Shown here: piece after piece, positions 10,260 to 19,246 of the stretch
Position numbering within the stretch: the first letter of the stretch is position 1
Layout of the letters: each line of letters starts with the position of its first letter
From: a virus
Lineage: Duplodnaviria; Caudoviricetes
DNA: 64,000 bases
Virus record (IMG/VR): IMGVR_UViG_2654588115_000001
Span: 1 to 64,000 of that record
Strand: one strand, 5' to 3'
Made by a program: the position numbers and the translations under genes
The notes under the pieces: generated by a model
The model's database searches: none
Told to the model about the DNA's origin: nothing
Seen by the model: the letters and a program-made list of their open reading frames with translations, nothing else

Positions 10260-11279
10260 TTAGCCCTGCATACGCAGCTTGGTAATTTCCTTGATTTTTT
10301 CCATGGGGTTCATGGCAGAAGCCTTGATTTCCGCTAGTTTTTCCTCGCGCTCATTGCCATTGTCCAGATTCGGATTCGGCACCGCACTCTGCGCAGCCTT
10401 TGGAGCCGGAGGTACTTCCTCGGCTGCCTTCACAGGTTCTGCCGGTTCATTGGCTTCATTTTCCTTTGCCTCTGCTGCGGCCTTGATTTCATCTACTTCG
10501 CCCTGCGCCTTTTCTGCGGCTGCTTTAATTTCGGCAATGGAATCCTTGATTTCCTTAAATGCCTCGTCAGCGCCCTTTTCCGCAGCAGATTTCAGTTCTG
10601 CCTGTGTTTCCTCGATTTTCTTCAAGCGTTCCTCCATAGATTCAACCACGCCGGCCGCAATCTCTTTTACGAGGGTTTCTTTTTCCTCTTTGGTCATTTC
10701 CACATCACACTCTCTTTCTTTCGCTTTCGCAGCTGCCAGCTTCTCGATGAACGTATCCGAGAAAGCAGCGCAGTTCTGCCACAGGATTGCACAACCGCAA
10801 CCCTCGAACTCATCCATGAACACCACTTTATCTTCCTCATGGGTAGCCTTTGCATACCACTCCAAAGAAAATCCCAGTGCACTCATGCCGTTGATAATCA
10901 TATAGGACTCATCCGGGAACTTGTCTTTCCACACCACGATTTCAGCCATGAGGTTATCCCCCTGCGCATAGCATTTACGGATATAACCGATGTTGGTCGA
11001 ACCATGATTGGTAAAGAGCTCTGTTCCATCCGCAAACCATCCATCCGGATAAGTACAGTTAAGAGGCATCCCCTCAAAGGATTTTGCGCAAGCCACAATG
11101 GAATCCTGGGTAAAAGCCACCCTCTTGCCATCAGCTCCGCAGGGGGAACCGGTGGATGCCTTACCAATGGTAGCCACACAGCCCACGATAATCATTTTAT
11201 TGGGTTCTGCCGACAAGGTAATTTCCGACAAGGACGCATTGATTTTACTCTTTTCCACCATTATCACCTCCCTCTTCAC
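10260..11279 (-). CDS. prohead protease / scaffold fusion
   Basis: N-terminal protease-like domain (H...IG.I, LGFSLE), C-terminal Ala/Glu/Lys-rich coiled scaffold. Confidence 0.75.
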   Translation of the reverse strand: MKREVIMVEKSKINASLSEITLSAEPNKMIIVGCVATIGKASTGSPCGADGKRVAFTQDSIVACAKSFEGMPLNCTYPDGWFADGTELFTNHGSTNIGYIRKCYAQGDNLMAEIVVWKDKFPDESYMIINGMSALGFSLEWYAKATHEEDKVVFMDEFEGCGCAILWQNCAAFSDTFIEKLAAAKAKERECDVEMTKEEKETLVKEIAAGVVESMEERLKKIEETQAELKSAAEKGADEAFKEIKDSIAEIKAAAEKAQGEVDEIKAAAEAKENEANEPAEPVKAAEEVPPAPKAAQSAVPNPNLDNGNEREEKLAEIKASAMNPMEKIKEITKLRMQG

Positions 11280-12549
11280 TGGTGTCTTTTATGTTTCCTA
11301 CGCCATTAAATCCACCAGACACGCCGTAGTCTACATTGATTTTTGTGGTCTTTTCGGGATAGGTCATATCAGCGTATACAGAAGTGCTTTCCTCATACCC
11401 CATCAACCTGCGGACTTCGTTCTCTGTCAGCACTCCCTTGTAATATTCGTCCACCACACGCTTGGATTTTACGGATTTCTGATTCTCCGAATCCTCGAAG
11501 ATAAAGCGGAATTTCAGCACACCGCCCAGTCCCATACCGGCAATCACATAGTTGTTGTACAAATCCTCCAACATTGCCGCATAGGGCTTAACCAGCTCCT
11601 GTATCATAGAGCTCTCCTGGTCCTCCCCGGTATTTCTGTCGTTGGCAATAACTAGCCCCAACTTTTCTGGAGGAATCCCGAAAGCCACTCCCACAATCTG
11701 GGTCAGCTTTTCCAGCCATTGCAGATACAGGCCGTCACTGTTGATTGCCTTAATCTGTTTGGTTTCCACAGACTTGGCACCGGCCACCACAGGGATGCGT
11801 CCTGTGCCCTCAATGGAATTTGCCATATACTCGATGAATTCCTCACGCTGGGCAGCCGTAACCCCTTCGCCAAGGGAGATAAGAAACTCTGCCGTAGCAT
11901 TGGTGGCTTTCTCATTGGCCTGTTCTATGGCATCCAAATAGAATTTCACATAGTTATAGGCCATCATCACTGGCGATAAACCATAAGGCTGATAAGTGAA
12001 ATATGCTCGCTGCAGATAAGCAATATCCTGCGCCGTAAAATATTTCATGCCATCGGCCTGTTGCTGCATATACCGTGCAGCCTTATCATCCGTATAATCA
12101 TACGGCACAACCATCTGAATGGTACTACCATCTACCGGATAGAGATACACAGGATGGCTGGGATTACTTGCCTTTGCTACCTCTGCACACATAGCATCCA
12201 GAACCATCGCATCGTCAAGGACACGCTTGGTAAAGGAGGCGCGGCTATCCACGAGATTCGGATGCTCAATACAGTTCTGCACCGCCGCAATCTCGCGTAT
12301 ATGCTTGCCCCTGCCGCCGATAACATCAATGGTGTACGGCTGACGGGACAAAGCATCCTGCACAATGGTTATCGCCTTGCGCACAATGGGGTCACGGCTG
12401 AAATTCCGCAGCTGCCGTATGGTGGGATTTTTCGGCAGAACCTGTTTCTTCTTTTTGCCATGCGGAATCCAGCTCATATATGTTTGGTTTGGCAGGAGCC
12501 TTGCCAAAGGGCCTTTGCTTGCCAAATATTTTTTCATATGGTCGAACAA
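11245..12549 (-). CDS. portal protein
   Basis: LYPVDGSTI, YGLSPV, AFGIPPEKLG motifs of HK97-type portals; follows terL. Confidence 0.9.
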   Translation of the reverse strand: MFDHMKKYLASKGPLARLLPNQTYMSWIPHGKKKKQVLPKNPTIRQLRNFSRDPIVRKAITIVQDALSRQPYTIDVIGGRGKHIREIAAVQNCIEHPNLVDSRASFTKRVLDDAMVLDAMCAEVAKASNPSHPVYLYPVDGSTIQMVVPYDYTDDKAARYMQQQADGMKYFTAQDIAYLQRAYFTYQPYGLSPVMMAYNYVKFYLDAIEQANEKATNATAEFLISLGEGVTAAQREEFIEYMANSIEGTGRIPVVAGAKSVETKQIKAINSDGLYLQWLEKLTQIVGVAFGIPPEKLGLVIANDRNTGEDQESSMIQELVKPYAAMLEDLYNNYVIAGMGLGGVLKFRFIFEDSENQKSVKSKRVVDEYYKGVLTENEVRRLMGYEESTSVYADMTYPEKTTKINVDYGVSGGFNGVGNIKDTSEEGGDNGGKE

Positions 12550-12555
12550 ACTTTC

Positions 12556-14184
12556 TCACCTCCCACCAAAGAAACTAAAGGGATTCGCAAATCGCAGCTT
12601 ACGCCCCCGTTCATCAATTTTATCCGTAGAAATACCGCCAAAGGAGAAATTGGCCACCGCGGACTCCATCATGGGCTTCAATGCCATTTCCAGACAGTCC
12701 GGACCATCATCATGCCCCTTGGGGTAATTCCGTAACTGACTGAGTAATATCCGTTGCCCCTGCCGGAACTTGATGTGTCCCTGCCGCACATGGGGTACAA
12801 GGCTTTCAATGCGAATGGCCTTGCTATCTCCCCCTGCATGGTAAACATCCAGCCAGTCCAGGTAAATCCCTGCCTGTATCAGCTCACGTTGCAGGGTGGA
12901 GGAGAAGAATAACTGCATCTGATTGGTTTCACAGACAATCTTCGGATTGTAGGTATAATACTGGGCGATAATCCGCTTGGCATCCTCGATAATCTGCTCC
13001 GGCCGGCGTTTTTGCAGGTCAGCCTCCAATACATAGAAATAATTATCTACGCACCGCGCCACCGCAACGATAGCCGAGAAGTCATTCGTGCGCTTGCCGC
13101 CGATAGCAGGGTCAATCGCAATGCAGACCTCTTTGATTTCCGGCAGGTCGATGTAATAGTTATTTTCCAGCCACTCCGTTTTGAATGTACGGGTATTCTC
13201 CGTTTGTGGGTCATTCTGGAACTCGGATGCAAACCCTTCTTCCGATGCCAGACGCCGTTCCATCAGATGCTCGTACATATCCGGCCGTTGATTCTCCCAA
13301 AGCACTTCCGTACCTTCCAGCATTTCTTCCTTGTGCTCGCGATAGAACTTCATGGCATCCGCATAGGCATTATCCCCACGGCTCAAATCCGTCATTATGG
13401 TTTCCCACTCGTGCCAGAGAGGAGAATCCGAAAATTTAATCACCGCCTGGAAAGTCTTGCGCACCCACGATGAATACTCTCCGTCATTCAGCATATGATA
13501 GAGCAGGGCATCATAACTAAGCACCGTGCCGATGTAGAAAAAAGAACAGGTTACAGACCCCATCGGCATCACATCAGAGTTAAACCACTGCTTTAGCGAT
13601 GCGTTCTGCGAAGGACTGGCTACCTGTTCTGCCGTTTCCAAATCGTCCAATATGACCAAATCCGGGCGCGTGGAATTAAACTTCATTCCGCGCATCTGAG
13701 CGCCTGCGCCCTTTGAGGTAAGGAACGTCTTAGTTCTCGTATAGATTTCGTTGGAGTTCCACATATCATCATTCTTCATTTCCCCGAAATCAGCCTTGAT
13801 TTTCTCGTTGAACTCCAGCTCATTGCGAATATCAATGATAAACTGTTTGGCCACCGGCCCCGTTGCCGAGATAATGACGATGAAGTGCTTATAGGAATAG
13901 CAAATGCACCATATCACAAATGCAAAACTGATTAGGGTACTTTTGGCGTGGCCTCTTGGAGCCGCCACCACATTGCGCGTTTCCTCGTCATTGTGATGGA
14001 AGATGATGTCCTCCACCTTCTTGATTAGCCAGAGGTGAAAAGGGCTCCATGAGGACTTGAAGGAATCCGCCAGGTAATACTCACAGAACTTCTTGAAATC
14101 CCGCGCACACACATCCTTCATACTTCGGCTATTGCCCTCTCTCCGCAGAGAACCGCCAAAGATTTCCTTCATCGCATTTGCCAC
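12556..14184 (-). CDS. terL: terminase large subunit
   Basis: Walker A APRGHAKST, Walker B LVILDDLE, nuclease IDPA...HDDGPD. Confidence 0.95.
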   Translation of the reverse strand: MANAMKEIFGGSLRREGNSRSMKDVCARDFKKFCEYYLADSFKSSWSPFHLWLIKKVEDIIFHHNDEETRNVVAAPRGHAKSTLISFAFVIWCICYSYKHFIVIISATGPVAKQFIIDIRNELEFNEKIKADFGEMKNDDMWNSNEIYTRTKTFLTSKGAGAQMRGMKFNSTRPDLVILDDLETAEQVASPSQNASLKQWFNSDVMPMGSVTCSFFYIGTVLSYDALLYHMLNDGEYSSWVRKTFQAVIKFSDSPLWHEWETIMTDLSRGDNAYADAMKFYREHKEEMLEGTEVLWENQRPDMYEHLMERRLASEEGFASEFQNDPQTENTRTFKTEWLENNYYIDLPEIKEVCIAIDPAIGGKRTNDFSAIVAVARCVDNYFYVLEADLQKRRPEQIIEDAKRIIAQYYTYNPKIVCETNQMQLFFSSTLQRELIQAGIYLDWLDVYHAGGDSKAIRIESLVPHVRQGHIKFRQGQRILLSQLRNYPKGHDDGPDCLEMALKPMMESAVANFSFGGISTDKIDERGRKLRFANPFSFFGGR

Positions 14185-14201
14185 ACTCCCACCACCTTTA
14201 C

Positions 14202-14265
14202 GCCATTATACAATTACACAATTATACCATTATAACGCTATACACTTACACCATTATACAGGTGT
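14202..14265. repeat. octamer array 3 (8 units)
   Basis: gccattat acaattac acaattat accattat aacgctat acacttac accattat acaggtgt. Confidence 0.85.
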
Positions 14266-15221
14266 TATTCTAAGCAATATTTCCGGTAATGCTCTTGGAT
14301 TTTCCGCAGCCTTGCCTTGGAGAAAAATGGCTGTTCTGTATACCATTTCCCAAATGGCTGCGCTTTCTTGTTGGCGTTGCACTCGGCACACGCCGGTACA
14401 ATATTTTCCACCAAATCCACCTTCTTGGGATTCTCTTTGCTCATAATCGACTGCGGAACGATATGCTCCGGAATCAGCGGCACATTTTCCTTGCCGCAAT
14501 AGGCACATTTATGGCCGAACTCATTTTTCGTCCGTTCCCACTCCACTTGATTGCCGAAAGCACCATTAAGCGATACCCACCGGCCGGTCTGGCTCTTGAC
14601 GATGGTTTCCGTTTCCACGCCAATGACGAACTCCGACATAACCTCCATCGGAATCCGTTCCATCAGCCATTCCTTAACCGTCACATGGATAGCCGAAGAA
14701 TAGGGCACTTTCAGCCCATACCATTCCCCCAGGGCCTCATAGAAATCACGGGCATGACTCCGCGGCACCGCCTGCATGAACCGGCTCATAAGATTATCAA
14801 AGGTATATCTGGGATTCACAAACGGCTTGACGATACCGGACTGGGTTAAGAGCTCGGTAAGTTCATCGAGCTTTTTGCTCACGCCATCCACCGCCATGCC
14901 ATGCTTGCCCTCCTGGTTCAGTATCGGCAGCACATCATGTGTCACCCACCGCTGATATTCCTTGGCAAAGCCCTTATGGCTCGTGAAAATCAACCGATAG
15001 ACTCCGGACACACTGATGGCGTTCATTTTCTGCTCCCCACCGTTGGTTTTCATCGTCACCATCCGGCGTTCATCCGCATCCAGGCGACTAACCGCATCAC
15101 GGCTGTTCTTTATTCCCAATGCACGGCAAACATCGTTTGCAACATACCACCGCATTGGTCCCTCTGTTACCGAGCGCACATCTTTGAAAATGTCTTCGCC
15201 GAACAAAAGTATTTTGTCCAA
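14265..15221 (-). CDS. Bro-N domain + C-terminal HNH endonuclease fusion
   Basis: WYVANDVCRALGIKNSRDAV...SGVYRLIFTS (Bro-N); CAYCG...EHIVPQS...NIVPACAECNANK (HNH). Confidence 0.85.
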   Translation of the reverse strand: MDKILLFGEDIFKDVRSVTEGPMRWYVANDVCRALGIKNSRDAVSRLDADERRMVTMKTNGGEQKMNAISVSGVYRLIFTSHKGFAKEYQRWVTHDVLPILNQEGKHGMAVDGVSKKLDELTELLTQSGIVKPFVNPRYTFDNLMSRFMQAVPRSHARDFYEALGEWYGLKVPYSSAIHVTVKEWLMERIPMEVMSEFVIGVETETIVKSQTGRWVSLNGAFGNQVEWERTKNEFGHKCAYCGKENVPLIPEHIVPQSIMSKENPKKVDLVENIVPACAECNANKKAQPFGKWYTEQPFFSKARLRKIQEHYRKYCLE

Positions 15222-15414
15222 TAAATTCCTCCAATAAAAAAAGCACGGGAATCCCGTGCGAAAAATTCATGTACAAAAAAAGCCACTCTCGACCAAAAGA
15301 GTGGCTTTCTCTGCCCAATAATGGGCTCCGTTGATTACAAGCGGTCAACTTGCAATCCAATTTGCACCTCTAGCGGAAGGGCAAATATAGCATAGCACAT
15401 TTCAAGGAAAAGTT

Positions 15415-15543
15415 CTACCGGTCCTTATGCCGATGAATCTCTGCCTTAGCCCACCGCTTATCATCACGGCTCTTAACATGCTTGCGCAGGTCCTTCGCTT
15501 TCTTCACATGGCGAGGATGTCGCAATTTTTCTTCCATACTCAT
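15415..15543 (-). CDS. 42-aa basic peptide
   Basis: GGAG RBS; MSMEEKLRHPRHVKKAKDLRKHVKSRDDKRWAKAEIHRHKDR (below ORF-track cut-off). Confidence 0.5.
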   Translation of the reverse strand: MSMEEKLRHPRHVKKAKDLRKHVKSRDDKRWAKAEIHRHKDR

Positions 15544-15615
15544 ATCTCAAACTCCTTTTGCCCCAAATAAAAAAGCACCCTGCAACCAGAGTGCCTTATT
15601 CTATACCCCACTATA

Positions 15616-16119
15616 TTATTTTTCAGACACATTATTCCTGTGCCAGTGCTCCTGCTCTAACTCAAAGACTTTTTCTTCCCAATACATTTTTAATATCTCG
15701 TCCTTGCACAATACCCATTCCGCAAACACAACAGAATAATCATCATAACAAAATTGAGCAATTCTATCTTTCTCGATTTTATATATTTTTTGTTTTAGCT
15801 TTTCCCTTTTCTCTTCAATCCAGTCATCGTCAGCTAAAAAAATCATTAGTTCTTCCACAGTCAATGTACCTCTATATAAGTTTTGTAGTACACTAACTTT
15901 CTTTTTTAGATTTTTTTCATCATAGTAATCGTACCACTTAGCTGACCACTTCTGCCTATTTATGACATCAGCACAGGCAGCATCTATTTTTTTCTTTATT
16001 TCCTTTCGGGCTTTCGCATCATCACACAACGATAAATCATTCATCATACTCTTAATTTGAGAAACAATCGCCTGTGTATCACTAGAATTATCTGGCTCAA
16101 AGAGTTTCCTGCCCTCCAT
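15616..16119 (-). CDS. hypothetical AT-rich moron protein
   Basis: GGAGG RBS, TATAAT upstream, terminator downstream, low GC. Confidence 0.7.
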   Translation of the reverse strand: MEGRKLFEPDNSSDTQAIVSQIKSMMNDLSLCDDAKARKEIKKKIDAACADVINRQKWSAKWYDYYDEKNLKKKVSVLQNLYRGTLTVEELMIFLADDDWIEEKREKLKQKIYKIEKDRIAQFCYDDYSVVFAEWVLCKDEILKMYWEEKVFELEQEHWHRNNVSEK

Positions 16120-16212
16120 TTACACTCGACCTCCATGCCAACCGTATGATTATAACATCAGTGCATCTTTTACCAATTATTATCCCACTTTTTTCAGAAT
16201 AGTCAATTCTTA

Positions 16213-16857
16213 TCACAAATTGCTCGGCGCAATCTTCCGCAATGCCTCAATCAGCATCGGATTTTCCCGAAATGCCGCCATAACTTCCTCATAATGCTCA
16301 TGGGATAACTTGACCCGTAGAATATCGTTGATGAGATTCATGGCTTTCTCCACCGTTTCGTAGCGATATACCTTTTCCTGTATCGCGCCTATCTCCGAAG
16401 AAAGCGTTTGTTGCCGCAAGGTCATTTTGTCCAGCATATCAATGACCAGTTTTAACTCGCCAACCTCGACCTCACCCCTGCCAACCTTGCCATCCAGTTC
16501 GTCAAGCTCCACCGAGATAATATCTACAGCATTGTTCACCAGGTTCAAAGCCTTGACCTTGGTTCCATAAACATTGACAATCTGTTCATCAGTCGGCGCG
16601 GTAAAATCACCGCCCAGACCATTATCCCTGCACCAACGGGCAATCGAATTATGGGAAATCTTATACCCATTGGGAATGAAATTCCCCTCGTTGATTTCCT
16701 TCGTAATATCCCGATAGCTTTTGCCCTTCATGCGCTTATCCCGGATTAACTCACCGATACCGAACTTCTCTACAAGCGTTCCATCCCGGCCGCTAACCTG
16801 CAATCGCTCTGGGCAAACCTTGTTAGGCGGCGGTGGAACCGGATGTTTATTTGCCAC
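16213..16857 (-). CDS. probable terminase small subunit
   Basis: HTH-like GKSYRDITKEIN...ISHNSIARW plus helical C-terminus; upstream of terL; GAGGAGG RBS. Confidence 0.6.
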   Translation of the reverse strand: MANKHPVPPPPNKVCPERLQVSGRDGTLVEKFGIGELIRDKRMKGKSYRDITKEINEGNFIPNGYKISHNSIARWCRDNGLGGDFTAPTDEQIVNVYGTKVKALNLVNNAVDIISVELDELDGKVGRGEVEVGELKLVIDMLDKMTLRQQTLSSEIGAIQEKVYRYETVEKAMNLINDILRVKLSHEHYEEVMAAFRENPMLIEALRKIAPSNL

Positions 16858-17000
16858 CGCAATCCCTCCTCATAAAAAAAGAACAAGCACCGCAGCGCTC
16901 GCCCTCCGCCGTTCCCCACAGGTACTTGGCTATGTAAACACCTGCGCTGTTACGACAAGAAATAACCACATACAACATTATCTCTCTCGCAGTTTTTCAC

Positions 17001-17048
17001 ACCATTATACATTTATACAGTTATACCATTATACCGTTGTAATGGCGT
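17001..17048. repeat. octamer array 4 (6 units)
   Basis: accattat acatttat acagttat accattat accgttgt aatggcgt. Confidence 0.85.
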
Positions 17049-17057
17049 TTTTTTAGT

Positions 17058-17119
17058 AGGCAGGAGAAGGAATTGCACCCCCAGCATCACCGATGCACCG
17101 TTCTACATACGCTCCCACC
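17058..17119 (-). ncRNA. tRNA-like element lacking a normal anticodon loop
   Basis: Acceptor GGTGGGA/TCCTGCC, T-arm GGGGG-TGCAATT-CCTTC, central stem GCATC-GGT-GATGC with only a 3-nt loop. Confidence 0.45.
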
Positions 17120-17142
17120 ATAAGGGGGCCTTCGCCCCATAA

Positions 17143-17310
17143 CCTGTTTAGGCCACAGGCAAGACCTCCGCAGACAAACCTCTAAATCCTGCGGCTCCTA
17201 GTTTCGTATAGGTTTTTTCAACCACGACAAGCAAATCACCCTCGAACACACCCCAACGGTTACTTCAAACACGGCGGTAATCCCTTGTCCTCTTGTGGCA
17301 CTTAGGAACG
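17143..17310 (-). ncRNA. ~170-nt multi-stem structured RNA candidate
   Basis: Closing GCCACA/TGTGGC; internal GACAAG..GATTACC/GGTGATT..CTTGTC, CCTA/TAGG, CCGCAG/CTGCGG; no ORF. Confidence 0.5.
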
Positions 17311-17327
17311 GTAGCTACACATCTTAA

Positions 17328-17459
17328 TCAGTCACCGAAGTGAATCCATCTGCCGACAATGCGCTTACCAGCTTCTTGCAGACCGACCATCAGATAACTT
17401 CCAACGAATAATCCGGCAGCCAGGCATACGCCATAACCAAACATATATGCAAAGCTCAT
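17328..17459 (-). CDS. 43-aa membrane peptide
   Basis: GAGGTG RBS; MSFAYMFGYGVCLAAGLFVGSYLMVGLQEAGKRIVGRWIHFGD. Confidence 0.55.
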   Translation of the reverse strand: MSFAYMFGYGVCLAAGLFVGSYLMVGLQEAGKRIVGRWIHFGD

Positions 17460-17472
17460 TCTAAAAATCACC

Positions 17473-17631
17473 TCAGCTCTCCAACTCTTTAATTTTTATC
17501 TTCAAATCAATGATTTCATCAATGAAAGCAAAGCAATCATCCAGCAAATCATCGTATTTCTTCATCGCCCAATACCCTAGCCAAAGCATGGCTATATTCA
17601 AAAGCACACTCATTACCAAAATAAATTCCAT
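17473..17631 (-). CDS. 52-aa membrane-anchored peptide
   Basis: GGAGG RBS; MEFILVMSVLLNIAMLWLGYWAMKKYDDLLDD... Confidence 0.55.
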   Translation of the reverse strand: MEFILVMSVLLNIAMLWLGYWAMKKYDDLLDDCFAFIDEIIDLKIKIKELES

Positions 17632-17715
17632 CACGCCGCCTCCAATTTGCTTTAATCACAACACATTGTAATTTGTTAAATTTACGTTGTGAAGTTCTTA
17701 TTTTACGCCAACGGT

Positions 17716-18215
17716 AAAAAAATATCTTGACTGCACAAGCCCCAAGAGATAAACTTCTTGATTTCCAGGAAACGGCAAGGCAGACTAATCCCGCGAAGGA
17801 AAAAAGTTAGCCTGTAAAACGAGAAACTTCCGTCATTCCGAGGTTTCCGTATAAGTGATGCTACTCTGACCGAAGTCAGCATGATATATCAGCCAACGAC
17901 CTTCCCCGGCTGTCCGGCGTTTCCACCGCAATACCATGAACCCTGCTCACTGCCACTATCGCAGCCAACAAAAGGCTTACCCTCCGCACCCTACTTTTCA
18001 CCATGGGAAAATCCTTTAGGCATAACGAGGTCCTGAAGTGCGTTCCAACCCCTGTGGTAATTCCTCGGTAGCATCATACAGACCAAGGAAGCCCCGCATA
18101 TTCTCTGCATCGGCTATGCGACACCGGCATTTTTATACTGCTGGCAGCAGATAGCGAATCCACCAGAGAAATAGTGTGTTCCAGTGAACCGCCCTTTGAC
18201 TCTCGTCAACAGTTC
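17716..18215 (-). ncRNA. large (~490 nt) highly structured ncRNA, ROOL/GOLLD-like in size and context
   Basis: TTGACA-18-TATAAT promoter (18247-18218); GAGA, GAAA and cTTCGg tetraloop hairpins; long-range pair 18068-76/17856-64; ends in hairpin plus T-run; no ORF of 60 aa or more. Confidence 0.65.
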
Positions 18216-18344
18216 ACATTATACATAAGTAAAATCACAACTGTCAAGTGTCTTTTTTTATTTTACACTATAAATAAACTATGATTATCATTGCACTGCT
18301 ATGTTATAACTCTGTTCTTACCATTATTCAATCAATAACAATTC

Positions 18345-18412
18345 GGTAAGGAGTAACTACGAGCATAGCGAGTAGTTAAGGAGCGAAGCGACTTGATTCA
18401 GAGTTACTTACC
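18345..18412. other. branched ssDNA hairpin with GAGCnnnGCGA loops (ssi/primosome-site-like)
   Basis: TAACTAC-GAGCATAGCGA-GTAGTTA and TTAAG-GAGCGAAGCGA-CTTGA within GGTAAG..CTTACC. Confidence 0.4.
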
Positions 18413-18535
18413 ATTGTTATACCAATGTTATACTCTTTCCCCCTACCCCCATATATAATAGAAAAACAGGGGGTCTTGGCAACCCTATTTTTCAAAAAAA
18501 CTTCCAAAATCATAAAAATATTTTTAAGCCGCTAA

Positions 18536-18567
18536 AAGATGAATATTAACCTACTCATATTCATCTT
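18536..18567. other. candidate tyrosine-recombinase crossover site (13-6-13)
   Basis: AAGATGAATATTA-ACCTAC-TCATATTCATCTT, 12/13 inverted arms with asymmetric spacer. Confidence 0.45.
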
Positions 18568-18630
18568 GAAAATGACAGTTCCCCGGAAGTTCTTCCCTCA
18601 CCAGCGAATTACATGGCAACTACCATTCAC

Positions 18631-18718
18631 ACCTGTATAACTGTATAACGTCATAACATTGTAATGGTGTAATTGTATAACTGTGTAAATGTACAGTATT
18701 ATACCATCACAATGGCAT
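18631..18718. repeat. octamer array 5 (11 units, mostly reverse orientation)
   Basis: acctgtat aactgtat aacgtcat aacattgt aatggtgt aattgtat aactgtgt aaatgtac agtattat accatcac aatggcat. Confidence 0.85.
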
Positions 18719-18913
18719 TGAATCCTCCTTTTGCCACCTCACAGACGGAAAAATAACCCATTTCCACGCAGACCGCTCTCACGTCCTCTGTATGCCATTT
18801 TAGCATCCGGTGCAGGTAAACTATCGTAAATCCATCTACAGGCCCCTAGAATCGACCGTGAGAGAGCAAAAAAATCCCTCTCGCGAGCAATGTAAAATAA
18901 AAGCGTCACTCTG

Positions 18914-19075
18914 TCAATTCGTAGATGTGCTTTTATTCTTTTGGGGTGCATCTGAAGAAACACCTTTATTGGGGAGTTGAGGATGTATTTTCTCTAAGCG
19001 CGCCTCTAGCTCTTCTGGTGTTAGTTCTTCGATTTCCTTCAGAATTCTCTCAAGAAATTCCATCTGGTCGCTCAT
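18914..19075 (-). CDS. 53-aa hypothetical protein (paralog of 19082..19246)
   Basis: GAGGTG RBS; MSDQMEFLERILKEIEELTPEE... Confidence 0.6.
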   Translation of the reverse strand: MSDQMEFLERILKEIEELTPEELEARLEKIHPQLPNKGVSSDAPQKNKSTSTN

Positions 19076-19081
19076 TAGCAA

Positions 19082-19246
19082 TCACCTCTCTGGAAGCAAT
19101 GGAGTTTTCCAATTTTCCTTTATTGCATTGAGCAATGTTTCGGGGTTTGCCTCCGGATTTTGTTGCATCATATAATGCAAGCACTCCTCTGGTGTTTTGG
19201 CATCGATTGCTTTGAATGCCAGCTCTAACCATTCCATTTGTGTCAT
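19082..19246 (-). CDS. 54-aa hypothetical protein
   Basis: AAGGAG RBS, TTGACA-17-GATAAT promoter; MTQMEWLELAFKAIDAKTPEE... Confidence 0.6.
   Translation of the reverse strand: MTQMEWLELAFKAIDAKTPEECLHYMMQQNPEANPETLLNAIKENWKTPLLPER

Noticed and set aside
9182-13473. Long + strand ORFs opposite capsid, protease, portal and terL
   Set aside because: Antisense shadows produced by codon bias of the real minus-strand genes
17058-17119. Canonical tRNA gene
   Set aside because: No 7-nt anticodon loop, unclear D-arm, too short
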